Notes: generated by a model not told the origin, from the letters alone. Positions 9,724-17,824 are shown, counted from the stretch's first letter. The stretch is DNA of 29,455 nucleotides from an uncultured virus (IMG/VR IMGVR_UViG_3300028048_002585) (IMGVR_UViG_3300028048_002585), one strand, 5' to 3'. Numbers and translations are program-made.

Positions 9724-10375
9724 TTCTCATAACCTCCTCTTCCTGTTCCTTATAACGAGGTTCCTTCTGTCTTTCTTTATCTTTTGCCAGTTTTCTGAAA
9801 TATTCAGAAATAGCTGCAGCGCTTATATCGATGTAGGATGTACTTTCGTATTTTGTGCGCTCTTCCATGTGACCGTCTTTCACTTTGTCCAGAGATGTGC
9901 CTTTTACTTCTACTTTTATCGGGATATCTCCGGGTCCTTCCTGTTCTTTGATATATGAGTATATGCTTCTTAAATCTGTATGGTTTTTAAAGCTGTCCTG
10001 TTTTTTGTCTTTCCTTTCTTCGGACTCTCTGATCTGTTCTGCGAGATACATGTGTCTCATATATGCCATTTTCAGCCAGCCATCTTTACAGTTTGCTATT
10101 TCCTGTACCTGTTCTTTTGTGAGTCCGTCCTGAATGGCTTTTCTTATCTGGATCATCTGCAGATATTCGATATTACAGTGAAAGTACATATCTATTTCCT
10201 GCTTATCTAGTCCTGCATCTGCTCCTCGTAGAAGTTCGATCATCTGGTATTCGTCATATGCGCCTGATATAAAAGGTATCCCCATCTCTTTTGTAACTTC
10301 TTCTGATATCTCGGCTATCATTTTTTTGTCTCCTGATTCGATAGCCTGCCTTATTTTTTCGCGTAATTCTTCCAT
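9713..10375 (-). CDS. Hypothetical protein with duplicated QMxxIRxxxxxGL helical repeat
   Basis: 220 aa; YQMIELLRGADAGL and LQMIQIRKAIQDGL; SD AAGGGGAG; first gene after motif copy 2. Confidence 0.75.
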   Translation of the reverse strand: MEELREKIRQAIESGDKKMIAEISEEVTKEMGIPFISGAYDEYQMIELLRGADAGLDKQEIDMYFHCNIEYLQMIQIRKAIQDGLTKEQVQEIANCKDGWLKMAYMRHMYLAEQIRESEERKDKKQDSFKNHTDLRSIYSYIKEQEGPGDIPIKVEVKGTSLDKVKDGHMEERTKYESTSYIDISAAAISEYFRKLAKDKERQKEPRYKEQEEEVMRNGI

Positions 10376-10411
10376 AGCATGTTCTCCCCTTGATAAAATG
10401 CATCGATATCT

Positions 10412-10436
10412 CTATATATATTATGTATAAATTTTG
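10412..10436 (-). promoter_or_regulatory. Conserved element motif, copy 2 (putative promoter of the virD4 operon)
   Basis: CTATATATATTATGTATAAATTTTG, about 37 nt upstream of the ATG at 10375. Confidence 0.7.
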
Positions 10437-10445
10437 TAGAAAATT

Positions 10446-10468
10446 AAAAAAACGCCCTGAAAGGCGTT
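10446..10468 (-). terminator. Intrinsic terminator directly upstream of motif copy 2
   Basis: AACGCC/GGCGTT stem with a T7 tract on the minus strand. Confidence 0.6.
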
Positions 10469-10489
10469 GAATTGTTCTAGGATACTTAT

Positions 10490-10524
10490 AAAAATAGTGC
10501 AGCCTTATCCGGACTGCACTATTT
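10490..10524 (-). terminator. Intrinsic terminator of the Phd-like/acidic protein operon
   Basis: 11-bp stem AAATAGTGCAG/CTGCACTATTT just after the stop at 10540. Confidence 0.8.
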
Positions 10525-10539
10525 GGTTATTAAAGCTTT

Positions 10540-11313
10540 TTACCATTCTTCTTCGGGTTTTTCATTAACAAATCTAAAATCTTTGCTATGAAGCCAGTCA
10601 TTGGGAAGGATAAAATCTCCTGCATCCTTTTCTTTTCCTGTCACACCAATAGCTTCGTTAATCCAGGAGTTTTTGATTTCACCCAGCGACATGTCGTCCA
10701 GCATCATATAATCTTCATCCCAAAAACACCAATCGAGCCAATTCTCCGAGAAATGCCAACAGTTCTCAATGACTTCTTCCGCATATTCTTTTTCTATATT
10801 TATTTCTTTTATATCATCTTCAGAGAGATTATCATCATTTATTCCCATGTCTTCTTTCCAATATTTCACTCTCGCATCTATGTACTCTGCTTTTAATTTC
10901 TCTGTGAATGGTATATCTATTGATTGATTCTGCATTTTCCGGTTTTCTTCATCAGAAAGTTCAAATTTTTTATATTCATCCATATTATTTTCAAAATTTA
11001 GCAAGTCATCATAAAATATTCTTGCTTCAATAATTATAATTTTGGCCATAACATATTCCATAATAAGAGAAGGAACCCAGTGTTTATCTGAAATAATTAA
11101 TGAATAGAGGCCTTTTATTATATGGAGCATTTTGTCAATATTGTCTTCAGGAAATGTAATCGGGAACAGATTTTCAATTGCTTCGGTATCTCCTTCATCA
11201 TAATAAGATATATACTCTATTATTTTATCGCTGATTGCTTTCTGTATAAATGAGCATAAAAAGTCGTTTATTTTCTCATCGGAAGTTAAGGGCATATTAG
11301 GCATAACTATCAT
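10540..11313 (-). CDS. Highly acidic hypothetical protein
   Basis: 257 aa, D/E-rich with many Trp, motif WLDWCFWDEDY; starts 2 nt after the Phd-like gene stop, SD AAAGGAG; AT-rich. Confidence 0.8.
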   Translation of the reverse strand: MIVMPNMPLTSDEKINDFLCSFIQKAISDKIIEYISYYDEGDTEAIENLFPITFPEDNIDKMLHIIKGLYSLIISDKHWVPSLIMEYVMAKIIIIEARIFYDDLLNFENNMDEYKKFELSDEENRKMQNQSIDIPFTEKLKAEYIDARVKYWKEDMGINDDNLSEDDIKEINIEKEYAEEVIENCWHFSENWLDWCFWDEDYMMLDDMSLGEIKNSWINEAIGVTGKEKDAGDFILPNDWLHSKDFRFVNEKPEEEW

Positions 11314-11315
11314 CT

Positions 11316-11666
11316 TTATATTTCTCCTTTTATATATTGTATTTTATTCAAGTAATTTGAGTGTATTACATAATTGTAATCAGCAATTACTGCTACCGGT
11401 ATATTTCTTTTTAATATGGCCACAAGAGCATTGTTATACACTTGCATTGTAACTTTCGAAAAGTTTTGACTAGCGTCTCTTATAGATACGTCAGCCATTT
11501 CTTTCAACGTTTCTTGATCAAAAAAATCAGGTTCATAAATAATATATACGGGCATATTATTTTTCATGACCACCGCTGATCCATAATTTTTTAAAATTTC
11601 ATACACACGGCTAAATCTATTATTTAGCTGTGACATTGATATGATAGTCTCGGTTTTTATCCACAT
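11316..11666 (-). CDS. Phd/YefM-family antitoxin-like protein with two tandem Phd domains
   Basis: IISMSQLNNRFSRVYEILKNYGSAVVMKNNMPVYII and VSIRDASQNFSKVTMQVYNNALVAILKRNIPVAVI both fit the clostridial Phd pattern; SD GAGGTG. Confidence 0.8.
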   Translation of the reverse strand: MWIKTETIISMSQLNNRFSRVYEILKNYGSAVVMKNNMPVYIIYEPDFFDQETLKEMADVSIRDASQNFSKVTMQVYNNALVAILKRNIPVAVIADYNYVIHSNYLNKIQYIKGEI

Positions 11667-11830
11667 ATTTCAACACCTCTAAATTAGGTATATCACAAAT
11701 GTTGCTTATATTCAAGCTACATTTTCTCAAAACGTAAGTCTCTCATACATGCAGTGTTTATGATAATTTTTTTGACAGCATAGAATTTGTACATAATACA
11801 AATGATATTATTGACAGGAAAGGAGTTTAA

Positions 11831-11893
11831 ATGCAGGCTCATTTTATATTACGCGTGTCCATACTTACTTATAACGTAGATATAATCACGTAG
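11831..11893 (+). CDS. Possible 20-aa mini-ORF (MQAHFILRVSILTYNVDIIT) or gene-start remnant
   Basis: Strong SD GGAAAGGAG 5 nt before the ATG; no other support. Confidence 0.3.
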   Translation: MQAHFILRVSILTYNVDIIT

Positions 11894-11923
11894 AAATGAG
11901 ATTGTAAACTCGATGGCTGCTTC

Positions 11924-11952
11924 TTGTTTTTGTAAAATCAATGCAATATAAT
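11924..11952 (+). promoter_or_regulatory. Putative sigmaA promoter of the Rpn gene
   Basis: TTGTTT-17 nt-TATAAT. Confidence 0.6.
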
Positions 11953-11973
11953 TGTATTGAAAGCGTGCAAAAG

Positions 11974-12069
11974 AAGGAGTGCTTTCGTGATTTTCATAGG
12001 ATATTAAAGAGGGCGTCTCCCTCGGTTTATTAACTAACGGGAGATGCCAGCGGTATCTCCCTATTTTTT
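11974..12069 (+). promoter_or_regulatory. Leader peptide plus terminator/antiterminator (attenuator-like) leader
   Basis: SD AAGGAG (11974-79), GTG ATT TTC ATA GGA TAT TAA (11987-12007). GGGAGATGCC (12039-48) can pair with GGCGTCTCCC (12012-21) or with GGTATCTCCC (12052-61), which is followed by TATTTTTT. Confidence 0.65.
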
Positions 12070-12084
12070 ATGGAGGTACTAATG

Positions 12085-13065
12085 ATGAAAAATGAAAGTC
12101 AATTATTTAAAGGTGATGACGTCAATAGACAATATGGAAAGGAGTTTGGAGATAAACTTCCTCCTCTTTCATCTGATGTAATAGCTAAGAAAATATTTAA
12201 TCCGGATGAACATCCCGAAAGAATACAATTCTTGCTTAGAGAAATATCAAAAGATGAAGGAATTGTAGTTGAATCGGCTGCAAAACAGGAAGGATACACC
12301 CAGAGTAATACTTCTAAAAATGTTATCTTTGATGTTGCATCCTGGTTAAGAGATGGGCGTATTGCTGATCTTGAATTCCAGAAGGTTCCACAGGACTACA
12401 TTATGGCAAGAACTGAAATATATTCTGCCAATATGCTGATGATTCAGTATTCTGTAAAGGATGGAGAACCTAAAAGCCATATGAACTATGCAAATGCAAA
12501 AGGCACTTTACTCATAGTTCTTATGGTTAAGACACCACAGACATTTGAAGAGAAGTGTAAAAACACAGAAAAATACATTCATCGTTTTTATACAAGAACC
12601 TCGGATACTGGTGTCGTTTATACTTCCATAGCATCTGAGATATACGTACAGTTAGATAAATGCCTTGAGCAGTTCAAAAAGGGCTATAATGCAGAAAGTG
12701 CAGATAGGCTTCCTGATGAGCTTCAAACATGGCTGTCTATGATTGCCGATATCAACGATGAGGATTTGAAGGAAAGTATTGATACCAATCCTGTTCTAAA
12801 AGAGATTAAAAAAGAAGTATCATACTTATCTCAAGACAAGGAGGTGCAGGCTATGTTGTTAGAAGAAAAGTTTGCAATAAGCGACTGGATAACGGCACAG
12901 TCAAGTGCCAAGGAAGAAGGAAAAGAAGAAGGAAGGTTACTTGAAATAATAGATAGTATTATATCTGGTGATTATTCCATTGAAAGAGGTGCTGAAAAAG
13001 CAAAACTTTCGGTAGAAGAATTGCGCGAGAAAGCCGCTCTTTTAGGAAAAAATCTAAAACAATAA
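12085..13065 (+). CDS. Rpn family / PD-(D/E)XK nuclease ('putative transposase')
   Basis: SDVIAKKIF N-terminus, IFDV...ADLEFQ catalytic pattern, MARTEIY, C-terminal KEEGKEEG. SD GGAGGT at 12072-77 favours a start at 12082 or 12085 rather than 12070. Confidence 0.85.
   Translation: MKNESQLFKGDDVNRQYGKEFGDKLPPLSSDVIAKKIFNPDEHPERIQFLLREISKDEGIVVESAAKQEGYTQSNTSKNVIFDVASWLRDGRIADLEFQKVPQDYIMARTEIYSANMLMIQYSVKDGEPKSHMNYANAKGTLLIVLMVKTPQTFEEKCKNTEKYIHRFYTRTSDTGVVYTSIASEIYVQLDKCLEQFKKGYNAESADRLPDELQTWLSMIADINDEDLKESIDTNPVLKEIKKEVSYLSQDKEVQAMLLEEKFAISDWITAQSSAKEEGKEEGRLLEIIDSIISGDYSIERGAEKAKLSVEELREKAALLGKNLKQ
12853..13065 (+). CDS. Putative intragenic in-frame small product (RpnS-like antitoxin, 70 aa)
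   Basis: Perfect SD AAGGAGGTG (12838-46) 6 nt before in-frame ATG 12853; MLLEEKFAISDWITAQSSAKEEGKEEGRLLE... Confidence 0.7.
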   Translation: MLLEEKFAISDWITAQSSAKEEGKEEGRLLEIIDSIISGDYSIERGAEKAKLSVEELREKAALLGKNLKQ

Positions 13066-13095
13066 TGTCAAATATCTAAAACAATAATATCAGAA
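13052..13095. repeat. Imperfect 22-bp tandem duplication spanning the Rpn stop codon
   Basis: ATCTAAAACAATAAT at 13052-66 and 13074-88. Confidence 0.6.
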
Positions 13096-13111
13096 TCCTA
13101 TGAAAATAAAC

Positions 13112-13162
13112 AAAAGGAAGGGAGTTGTGCGGATTATTCCACGCCCCCTTCCTATTTATTTT
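13112..13162. terminator. Probable bidirectional terminator between convergent Rpn and nuclease genes
   Basis: AGGAAGGG...CCCTTCCT outer stem, A-rich on the left and T-rich on the right. Confidence 0.6.
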
Positions 13163-13233
13163 ATGAAATTGCAGGATTGTAAATGCCTGTCTTATTGCTA
13201 TTACATTGCCCGAAGATGTGATACTTTGTATAT

Positions 13234-14064
13234 CTATTCTGGTTTGTTTTCCCCAGTTTTATAGTCTATTTTAATTCCCGGCTGAACATTGTATGCCCAT
13301 CTGCAGAAGTGAAATGACTCACCTTGGTCCTCTACGCTTGCTGCTTCCATAAGGACTCCTCTTGCCAAAAGATCATCTCCTGTAAATATCGGGGTGACTC
13401 TGTAAAGAACATGATAATCGGAGTTTTCGACATAATCGAGAACTTCCATTTCATTTGGTAACATCCCGAGTGTATTAAATGCTCGGGTTCCTGTGATCAG
13501 ATTTTCTTCACAGTTACTCTCATTACCTATAAGAGCAAACATTCCAAGATGGGAACGGTTATAAAGGTACGGAGGTTCGGAATCTACTATCCCCTCGTAC
13601 TTGTTTTGTTTCCAACCTGAAGGCTTATACTGTCCGATATCCGATCTTTCTTCGTGTGGAAGATGCTCTTTATCTGTTACCAGCGTAGTGCATCCGCATC
13701 TTCCGAGTTCGTCCAGATTACTATATTCTACAAAACATTCGGTTGCGAAATCTGACTCCGTAAAAAAAGGGATGTCATCGTTTACTGAAATATATGCATT
13801 GCCGACATATTCAGGGATGTCTTCATAGCTGAATACTTTATCTTCTGCTCCCTTATACTGCGGATCTCCGGCTGTTGCATTTCCGGGAGTGCTAAGCGAA
13901 GCTGCCTTTTTCGTCGCTCCCGCATTGATATCGTCGTATGCAGTTTTACTTGAACCTCCCTGCAGCAGTATCTCTTCTGTTGTGGATGTCTCATTTTTTC
14001 CGCATCCTGCACTGCCCACAAGTAGAGATATGGCAAGAAGTCCTGCTATTATCTTATGTTTCAT
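13234..14064 (-). CDS. Lipoprotein DNA/RNA non-specific endonuclease (EndA/DNA-entry nuclease-like, beta-beta-alpha-Me)
   Basis: Lipobox-like VGSAGC; YSNLDELGRC, KPSGW, YNRSHL (DRGH equivalent), NLITGTRAFN, YRVTPIF, ARGVLMEA, NVQPGIKIDYKTG. Confidence 0.9.
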   Translation of the reverse strand: MKHKIIAGLLAISLLVGSAGCGKNETSTTEEILLQGGSSKTAYDDINAGATKKAASLSTPGNATAGDPQYKGAEDKVFSYEDIPEYVGNAYISVNDDIPFFTESDFATECFVEYSNLDELGRCGCTTLVTDKEHLPHEERSDIGQYKPSGWKQNKYEGIVDSEPPYLYNRSHLGMFALIGNESNCEENLITGTRAFNTLGMLPNEMEVLDYVENSDYHVLYRVTPIFTGDDLLARGVLMEAASVEDQGESFHFCRWAYNVQPGIKIDYKTGENKPE

Positions 14065-14209
14065 GCTTTACCTCTTTTATATCAGTAAATTTGGTATATA
14101 TCTTCCTAATATTATTTTACAACACATTGACGTATATAACAAATAATAAACATGATAAAGAGAGTTTCTACTACAACTGTATTGAACATAAAATAATCCT
14201 CGTGTCATT

Positions 14210-15007
14210 CTATCCCTTTTTTATCTTTGCTTCCTGCCTTATGGCTTTATCAAGTTCTTGTTTAATATATATGATGTTTCCGCAATTTGTTATTTCTGTT
14301 ATCCAAAGATTATTCGCAAGGATTTTTTTAAATTGATGAGGAGTCAGACCATATACTATATCTGCATATTTATAAACATCCTTGTTTCTTATATATAATG
14401 GATTTTCTATTTTCAGGAATGGTACGGCATTCAGTCCATACTGTATACAGAGATAAACCTGAAGAATATCAGCAAATTCCGTATCAACTCTTTCTATGCT
14501 TACGTTCCACAGGCTTTTGTCTTCAAATACATGATAGAGTGTGTGAAGAGCCTGAAAGATATTTTCAGTCTTAACAACTTTTGTTACCTTGTCTTCTTCA
14601 AAAGAAAGAATTATATGTTTCTCATTAGTGTCACGATATGGCTTTATTATTATGTCTTTGTAATTCATTTTGTTTTCAAGCATATGTTTGTGATATTCAG
14701 CACATTTATCCAGAATATATGTGTAATCATATACGACAGATGCATCATGACCGTTCTGATAACGCAGTCTTTGCTCACTTTTCTTCATCAGCCGATTCGT
14801 AATACGCTCTATTTGACTCAGTTTTGATGGACAGCCGTATCTGCTGTCACCTGTTGCACTTTCCTTTTCAGGATCAACATTACGGCAATCGGCATACCAA
14901 CATATAATATCGTCTTCGCCCGTGATTTTTTTTCCTGTTAAGGGACAGAATACTTCATTCACTACATCTTGTTCCAGTATTTCTTTTACATATTTTGCTA
15001 TTCCCAT
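14210..15007 (-). CDS. Hypothetical protein
   Basis: 265 aa, SD AAAGGGAG; Cys cluster in the N-terminal region; last gene of the 4-gene operon. Confidence 0.75.
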   Translation of the reverse strand: MGIAKYVKEILEQDVVNEVFCPLTGKKITGEDDIICWYADCRNVDPEKESATGDSRYGCPSKLSQIERITNRLMKKSEQRLRYQNGHDASVVYDYTYILDKCAEYHKHMLENKMNYKDIIIKPYRDTNEKHIILSFEEDKVTKVVKTENIFQALHTLYHVFEDKSLWNVSIERVDTEFADILQVYLCIQYGLNAVPFLKIENPLYIRNKDVYKYADIVYGLTPHQFKKILANNLWITEITNCGNIIYIKQELDKAIRQEAKIKKG

Positions 15008-15021
15008 ATCGTTCTCCCTTT

Positions 15022-16284
15022 TTACAGATCACTTATATTGATATAAGCCATATCATCTTTCCAAACGGTCTTTATATTGTATTTCTTTCCCTTATAACTG
15101 AATACGGCAGGGTTTTCCTTGGTGGATGAGCAGAAATACATTCCTTCACTCCATACATAATATGCTATAGGCGCATTTCCATCTTCACCGTTCTTTGTTC
15201 CGATCGGGTAAACGTATACGGTGAGGTCATTATCATATATACTGAGGCGTCCGCCCTTGCCTCCTCTTTTTACGCTGTCTTTTATTATCTCATATCTTTC
15301 ACTGTTCTTTATGCTGTAATCACAGCTGAACGGACTTCCGTAATTCATCTTTGTTACGATACAGGTATCCCTGAACGGGGTTTCTGTAGTCTGTCCCAGA
15401 AGAGTCTTTGCACTGTCCCTTGTGGCAATATGGGTTATGACATATCCGCTTCCTTCATCCATAGGAAAGCTTACAGCAAGAAGCTTGCTTGTTTCTCCGG
15501 TAATTTTGTCTCTGATAATAAGTGTTGCTTTTTCATAGGTCATGTCGAACTTGCTTATTGCTTTTATATCTGGTGGAAATTGAGGCCTGTCGAGTTGCTC
15601 TGCCGTGAGTATAGTAGTCGATAGCTCTGTAAATTCTTCCTTTTCTTCAAGAGGTATTTCTATTATGCTTTCAGAATTAGATAATACCGCTTCATTCTTT
15701 TCGGAAACAACTGCACTATCGGAGATATCTTCTGTATTTTCTGCCGGTCCTTTTTTACCGATTGCTTCCTTTATCATGTCGTCGGTAATCAGGGATTCCT
15801 GTTCGGGTGCTGTCACGCTTTTCTCCGGAGCTTTATTTTCAGACACATAGGCTTCTATATAATCATTGCTTTCTTCTTCTGTATTTATGACTCTTTCAGA
15901 TGCATCTTCATTATATGATCTTCCCTGATAAGACTTCGTATATTCTGAAATGCTGTCGTATTCGTTGTTCTGCTGCAGGAGATATTCATTTTGAGGCATG
16001 TTTCCCTGCATGTTCCTAAACATGAGCTTATATTGTACATCAGGAGAGACGTATGGATAAATATCATTGATATTATATGAGTTGGCATATCCATTGATAT
16101 CAACAACGATTTTTCCTGTTTTTACTTCATAAGGTATGCCTTCATCGACGAGGCGTGCTATAAGCTCTGTCTCAAGTCTGGTATAATTTTGTACCTCTGA
16201 GGGATTGTTCATGCTGGCATTTTTCGTTATCTTCTCAATGGATGTAAATGCGTCTAATAGATGTTTTATCTTGTAAAGGCTCAT
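15022..16284 (-). CDS. Hypothetical protein with acidic low-complexity linker and beta-rich C-terminal domain
   Basis: 420 aa; ATGA overlap with the upstream gene; SD GGAGG. Confidence 0.8.
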   Translation of the reverse strand: MSLYKIKHLLDAFTSIEKITKNASMNNPSEVQNYTRLETELIARLVDEGIPYEVKTGKIVVDINGYANSYNINDIYPYVSPDVQYKLMFRNMQGNMPQNEYLLQQNNEYDSISEYTKSYQGRSYNEDASERVINTEEESNDYIEAYVSENKAPEKSVTAPEQESLITDDMIKEAIGKKGPAENTEDISDSAVVSEKNEAVLSNSESIIEIPLEEKEEFTELSTTILTAEQLDRPQFPPDIKAISKFDMTYEKATLIIRDKITGETSKLLAVSFPMDEGSGYVITHIATRDSAKTLLGQTTETPFRDTCIVTKMNYGSPFSCDYSIKNSERYEIIKDSVKRGGKGGRLSIYDNDLTVYVYPIGTKNGEDGNAPIAYYVWSEGMYFCSSTKENPAVFSYKGKKYNIKTVWKDDMAYINISDL

Positions 16285-16637
16285 TTAAAAAATCCTCCTT
16301 TTTTATTACCTTTTTCTTTTCCGTTAAGTTCTTCTTTCAGCTCCATATAAGCTTCCCTTGTACCTCTTGCTTCTATTTCTTCTGCTATCCGCTGTTTTGG
16401 AAGGAATACCGTCTTTATTTCTGATTCCCATGTGTGACCGCAATCAACACAGAAAGCATTTTTCTGAGGCTTTGTGTACATAAAACGCACAATCTCTCCG
16501 TGCTTAAGGGACTGAAGTTCTATATAATCGATATCTTCCTGCGTCATTGGTTCCTTAATGTATCTTCCCGTAACCCTGCTCTTACATACCGGGCATGGTT
16601 CAACATACACATAAGGAAATTTGATGAAATTAAACAT
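16281..16637 (-). CDS. Small zinc-ribbon-like protein
   Basis: 118 aa with CPVC...CVDC pairs; overlaps both neighbours. Confidence 0.75.
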   Translation of the reverse strand: MFNFIKFPYVYVEPCPVCKSRVTGRYIKEPMTQEDIDYIELQSLKHGEIVRFMYTKPQKNAFCVDCGHTWESEIKTVFLPKQRIAEEIEARGTREAYMELKEELNGKEKGNKKGGFFK

Positions 16638-17352
16638 GCTTTTCTCCTTCTTCTTCGTCAGCGTCTGTATCTTCCCTGCTTCTTACTGCTTCCTCCATTT
16701 TGATCTTTTCCGGAGGATTCTGTACAAGTATCTTGGATATATTGTCCTTACTTAGTACAGCCCTTCTTCCCATTATGTTTATTATTATATCTTTTCCTGT
16801 TGCCAGAGATGTGAGCTCATAGAAGGTAAGTTCTATGGCGGAATATCCTTCCACCTTTGAGCTCCACATGGCGTATTCATCGAGATCCGTAAATCCAAGG
16901 AAGAACTCCCTGTCTTTTATCCTGGCAATTCCATAGTTTATGACGGTCCCTTCGGTAACTTTGATAGGTACTATGTATTTGCATTTTGAGAGTCCGTACA
17001 GATATTGTTTCTGCTGAGTTCTTATAAGGCCGTTGATGGTATAATTCAGATCCGGATTGTAATATTTCCTTTTTCTGAACTGGGATGTTGACTCAGTAAA
17101 ATATTCTTTGTTCAGAGAACACTTTATCTGCAATGCGCCATTTGCATAGCAGAGGCTGCATATCTCATCATATCTGTAGTATCGCTCTTCGGATATCGTA
17201 CATTTGTCATTATTTTTACAGAAATCAAGAGCCGCAGCCTTCTTGGTAAACAGATATGAGCATCTGGTACTGTCTATGTACGGCTGATTTGTGTCTTTAT
17301 AGAGCACCAGTACGACCGGATTTAAACTTAATGTATCTTTTAATCTGGACAT
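16630..17352 (-). CDS. SseB-like hypothetical protein
   Basis: KYIVPI...FFLGFTDLDEYAMW...IIINIMG fits the SseB N-terminal domain pattern. Start revised to ATG 17352 (SD GGAAGGA 8 nt upstream) because the longer ORF overlaps motif copy 3. Confidence 0.65.
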   Translation of the reverse strand: MSRLKDTLSLNPVVLVLYKDTNQPYIDSTRCSYLFTKKAAALDFCKNNDKCTISEERYYRYDEICSLCYANGALQIKCSLNKEYFTESTSQFRKRKYYNPDLNYTINGLIRTQQKQYLYGLSKCKYIVPIKVTEGTVINYGIARIKDREFFLGFTDLDEYAMWSSKVEGYSAIELTFYELTSLATGKDIIINIMGRRAVLSKDNISKILVQNPPEKIKMEEAVRSREDTDADEEEGEKHV

Positions 17353-17377
17353 AGGCATGTTCCTTCCAAAAGTATCT

Positions 17378-17397
17378 CTATATATATTATGTATAAA
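17378..17397 (-). promoter_or_regulatory. Conserved element motif, copy 3 (putative promoter of the 4-gene operon)
   Basis: CTATATATATTATGTATAAA; shares the longer string TATCTCTATATATATTATGTATAAA with copy 2. Confidence 0.7.
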
Positions 17398-17411
17398 AAA
17401 CACTAAAAAAT

Positions 17412-17438
17412 AAAAAAACAGCCAATCTGACTGCTTTT
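17412..17438 (-). terminator. Intrinsic terminator upstream of motif copy 3
   Basis: Minus strand GCAGTC-AGATT-GGCTGT followed by a T-run. Confidence 0.6.
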
Positions 17439-17469
17439 ATAAAACGTGTACTATTTATATAACGTGTAA

Positions 17470-17817
17470 TCAGAACGTGATATATGATAATAAAATTAAC
17501 GAACCATTCAAGAACATTAAAAAAATATATTCACTTTCATAAGATGAAAGAAGTATAGTGTCTTGAGATCTAGTATTTTCTACACTCCATTTTAACAGTA
17601 TAATACTGCTCCACAAGATAATTGCAATGGTAATCACACCATGTAAAACATATATATGTGTAAACATTGTCCATTCTGCATTAAATATAGATAATAAATT
17701 AACCCATACGCAAATGTTGTTGTAATAGCCTATTTTAAAAGATGTTATCAATATAACGAGCATGATAATAAAAATTATCAATTCATGATTAATGCAAAAA
17801 CAAAACGCTATGTTCAT
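17470..17817 (-). CDS. Small hydrophobic membrane protein
   Basis: 115 aa, 3-4 hydrophobic segments, very AT-rich; weak SD AAGGA. Confidence 0.5.
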   Translation of the reverse strand: MNIAFCFCINHELIIFIIMLVILITSFKIGYYNNICVWVNLLSIFNAEWTMFTHIYVLHGVITIAIILWSSIILLKWSVENTRSQDTILLSSYESEYIFLMFLNGSLILLSYITF

Positions 17818-17824
17818 TTATATA

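Noticed and set aside
12070..13065. Rpn gene as an insertion sequence
   Set aside because: No terminal inverted repeats or target duplication seen; the family is better supported as nuclease/defence proteins.
17353..17403. N-terminal extension of the 257-aa track ORF
   Set aside because: It spans motif copy 3 and has no SD; a good SD precedes ATG 17352.
17443..17482. AACGTG(TA) short direct repeats
   Set aside because: Only 6-8 bp with irregular spacing; compatible with chance.
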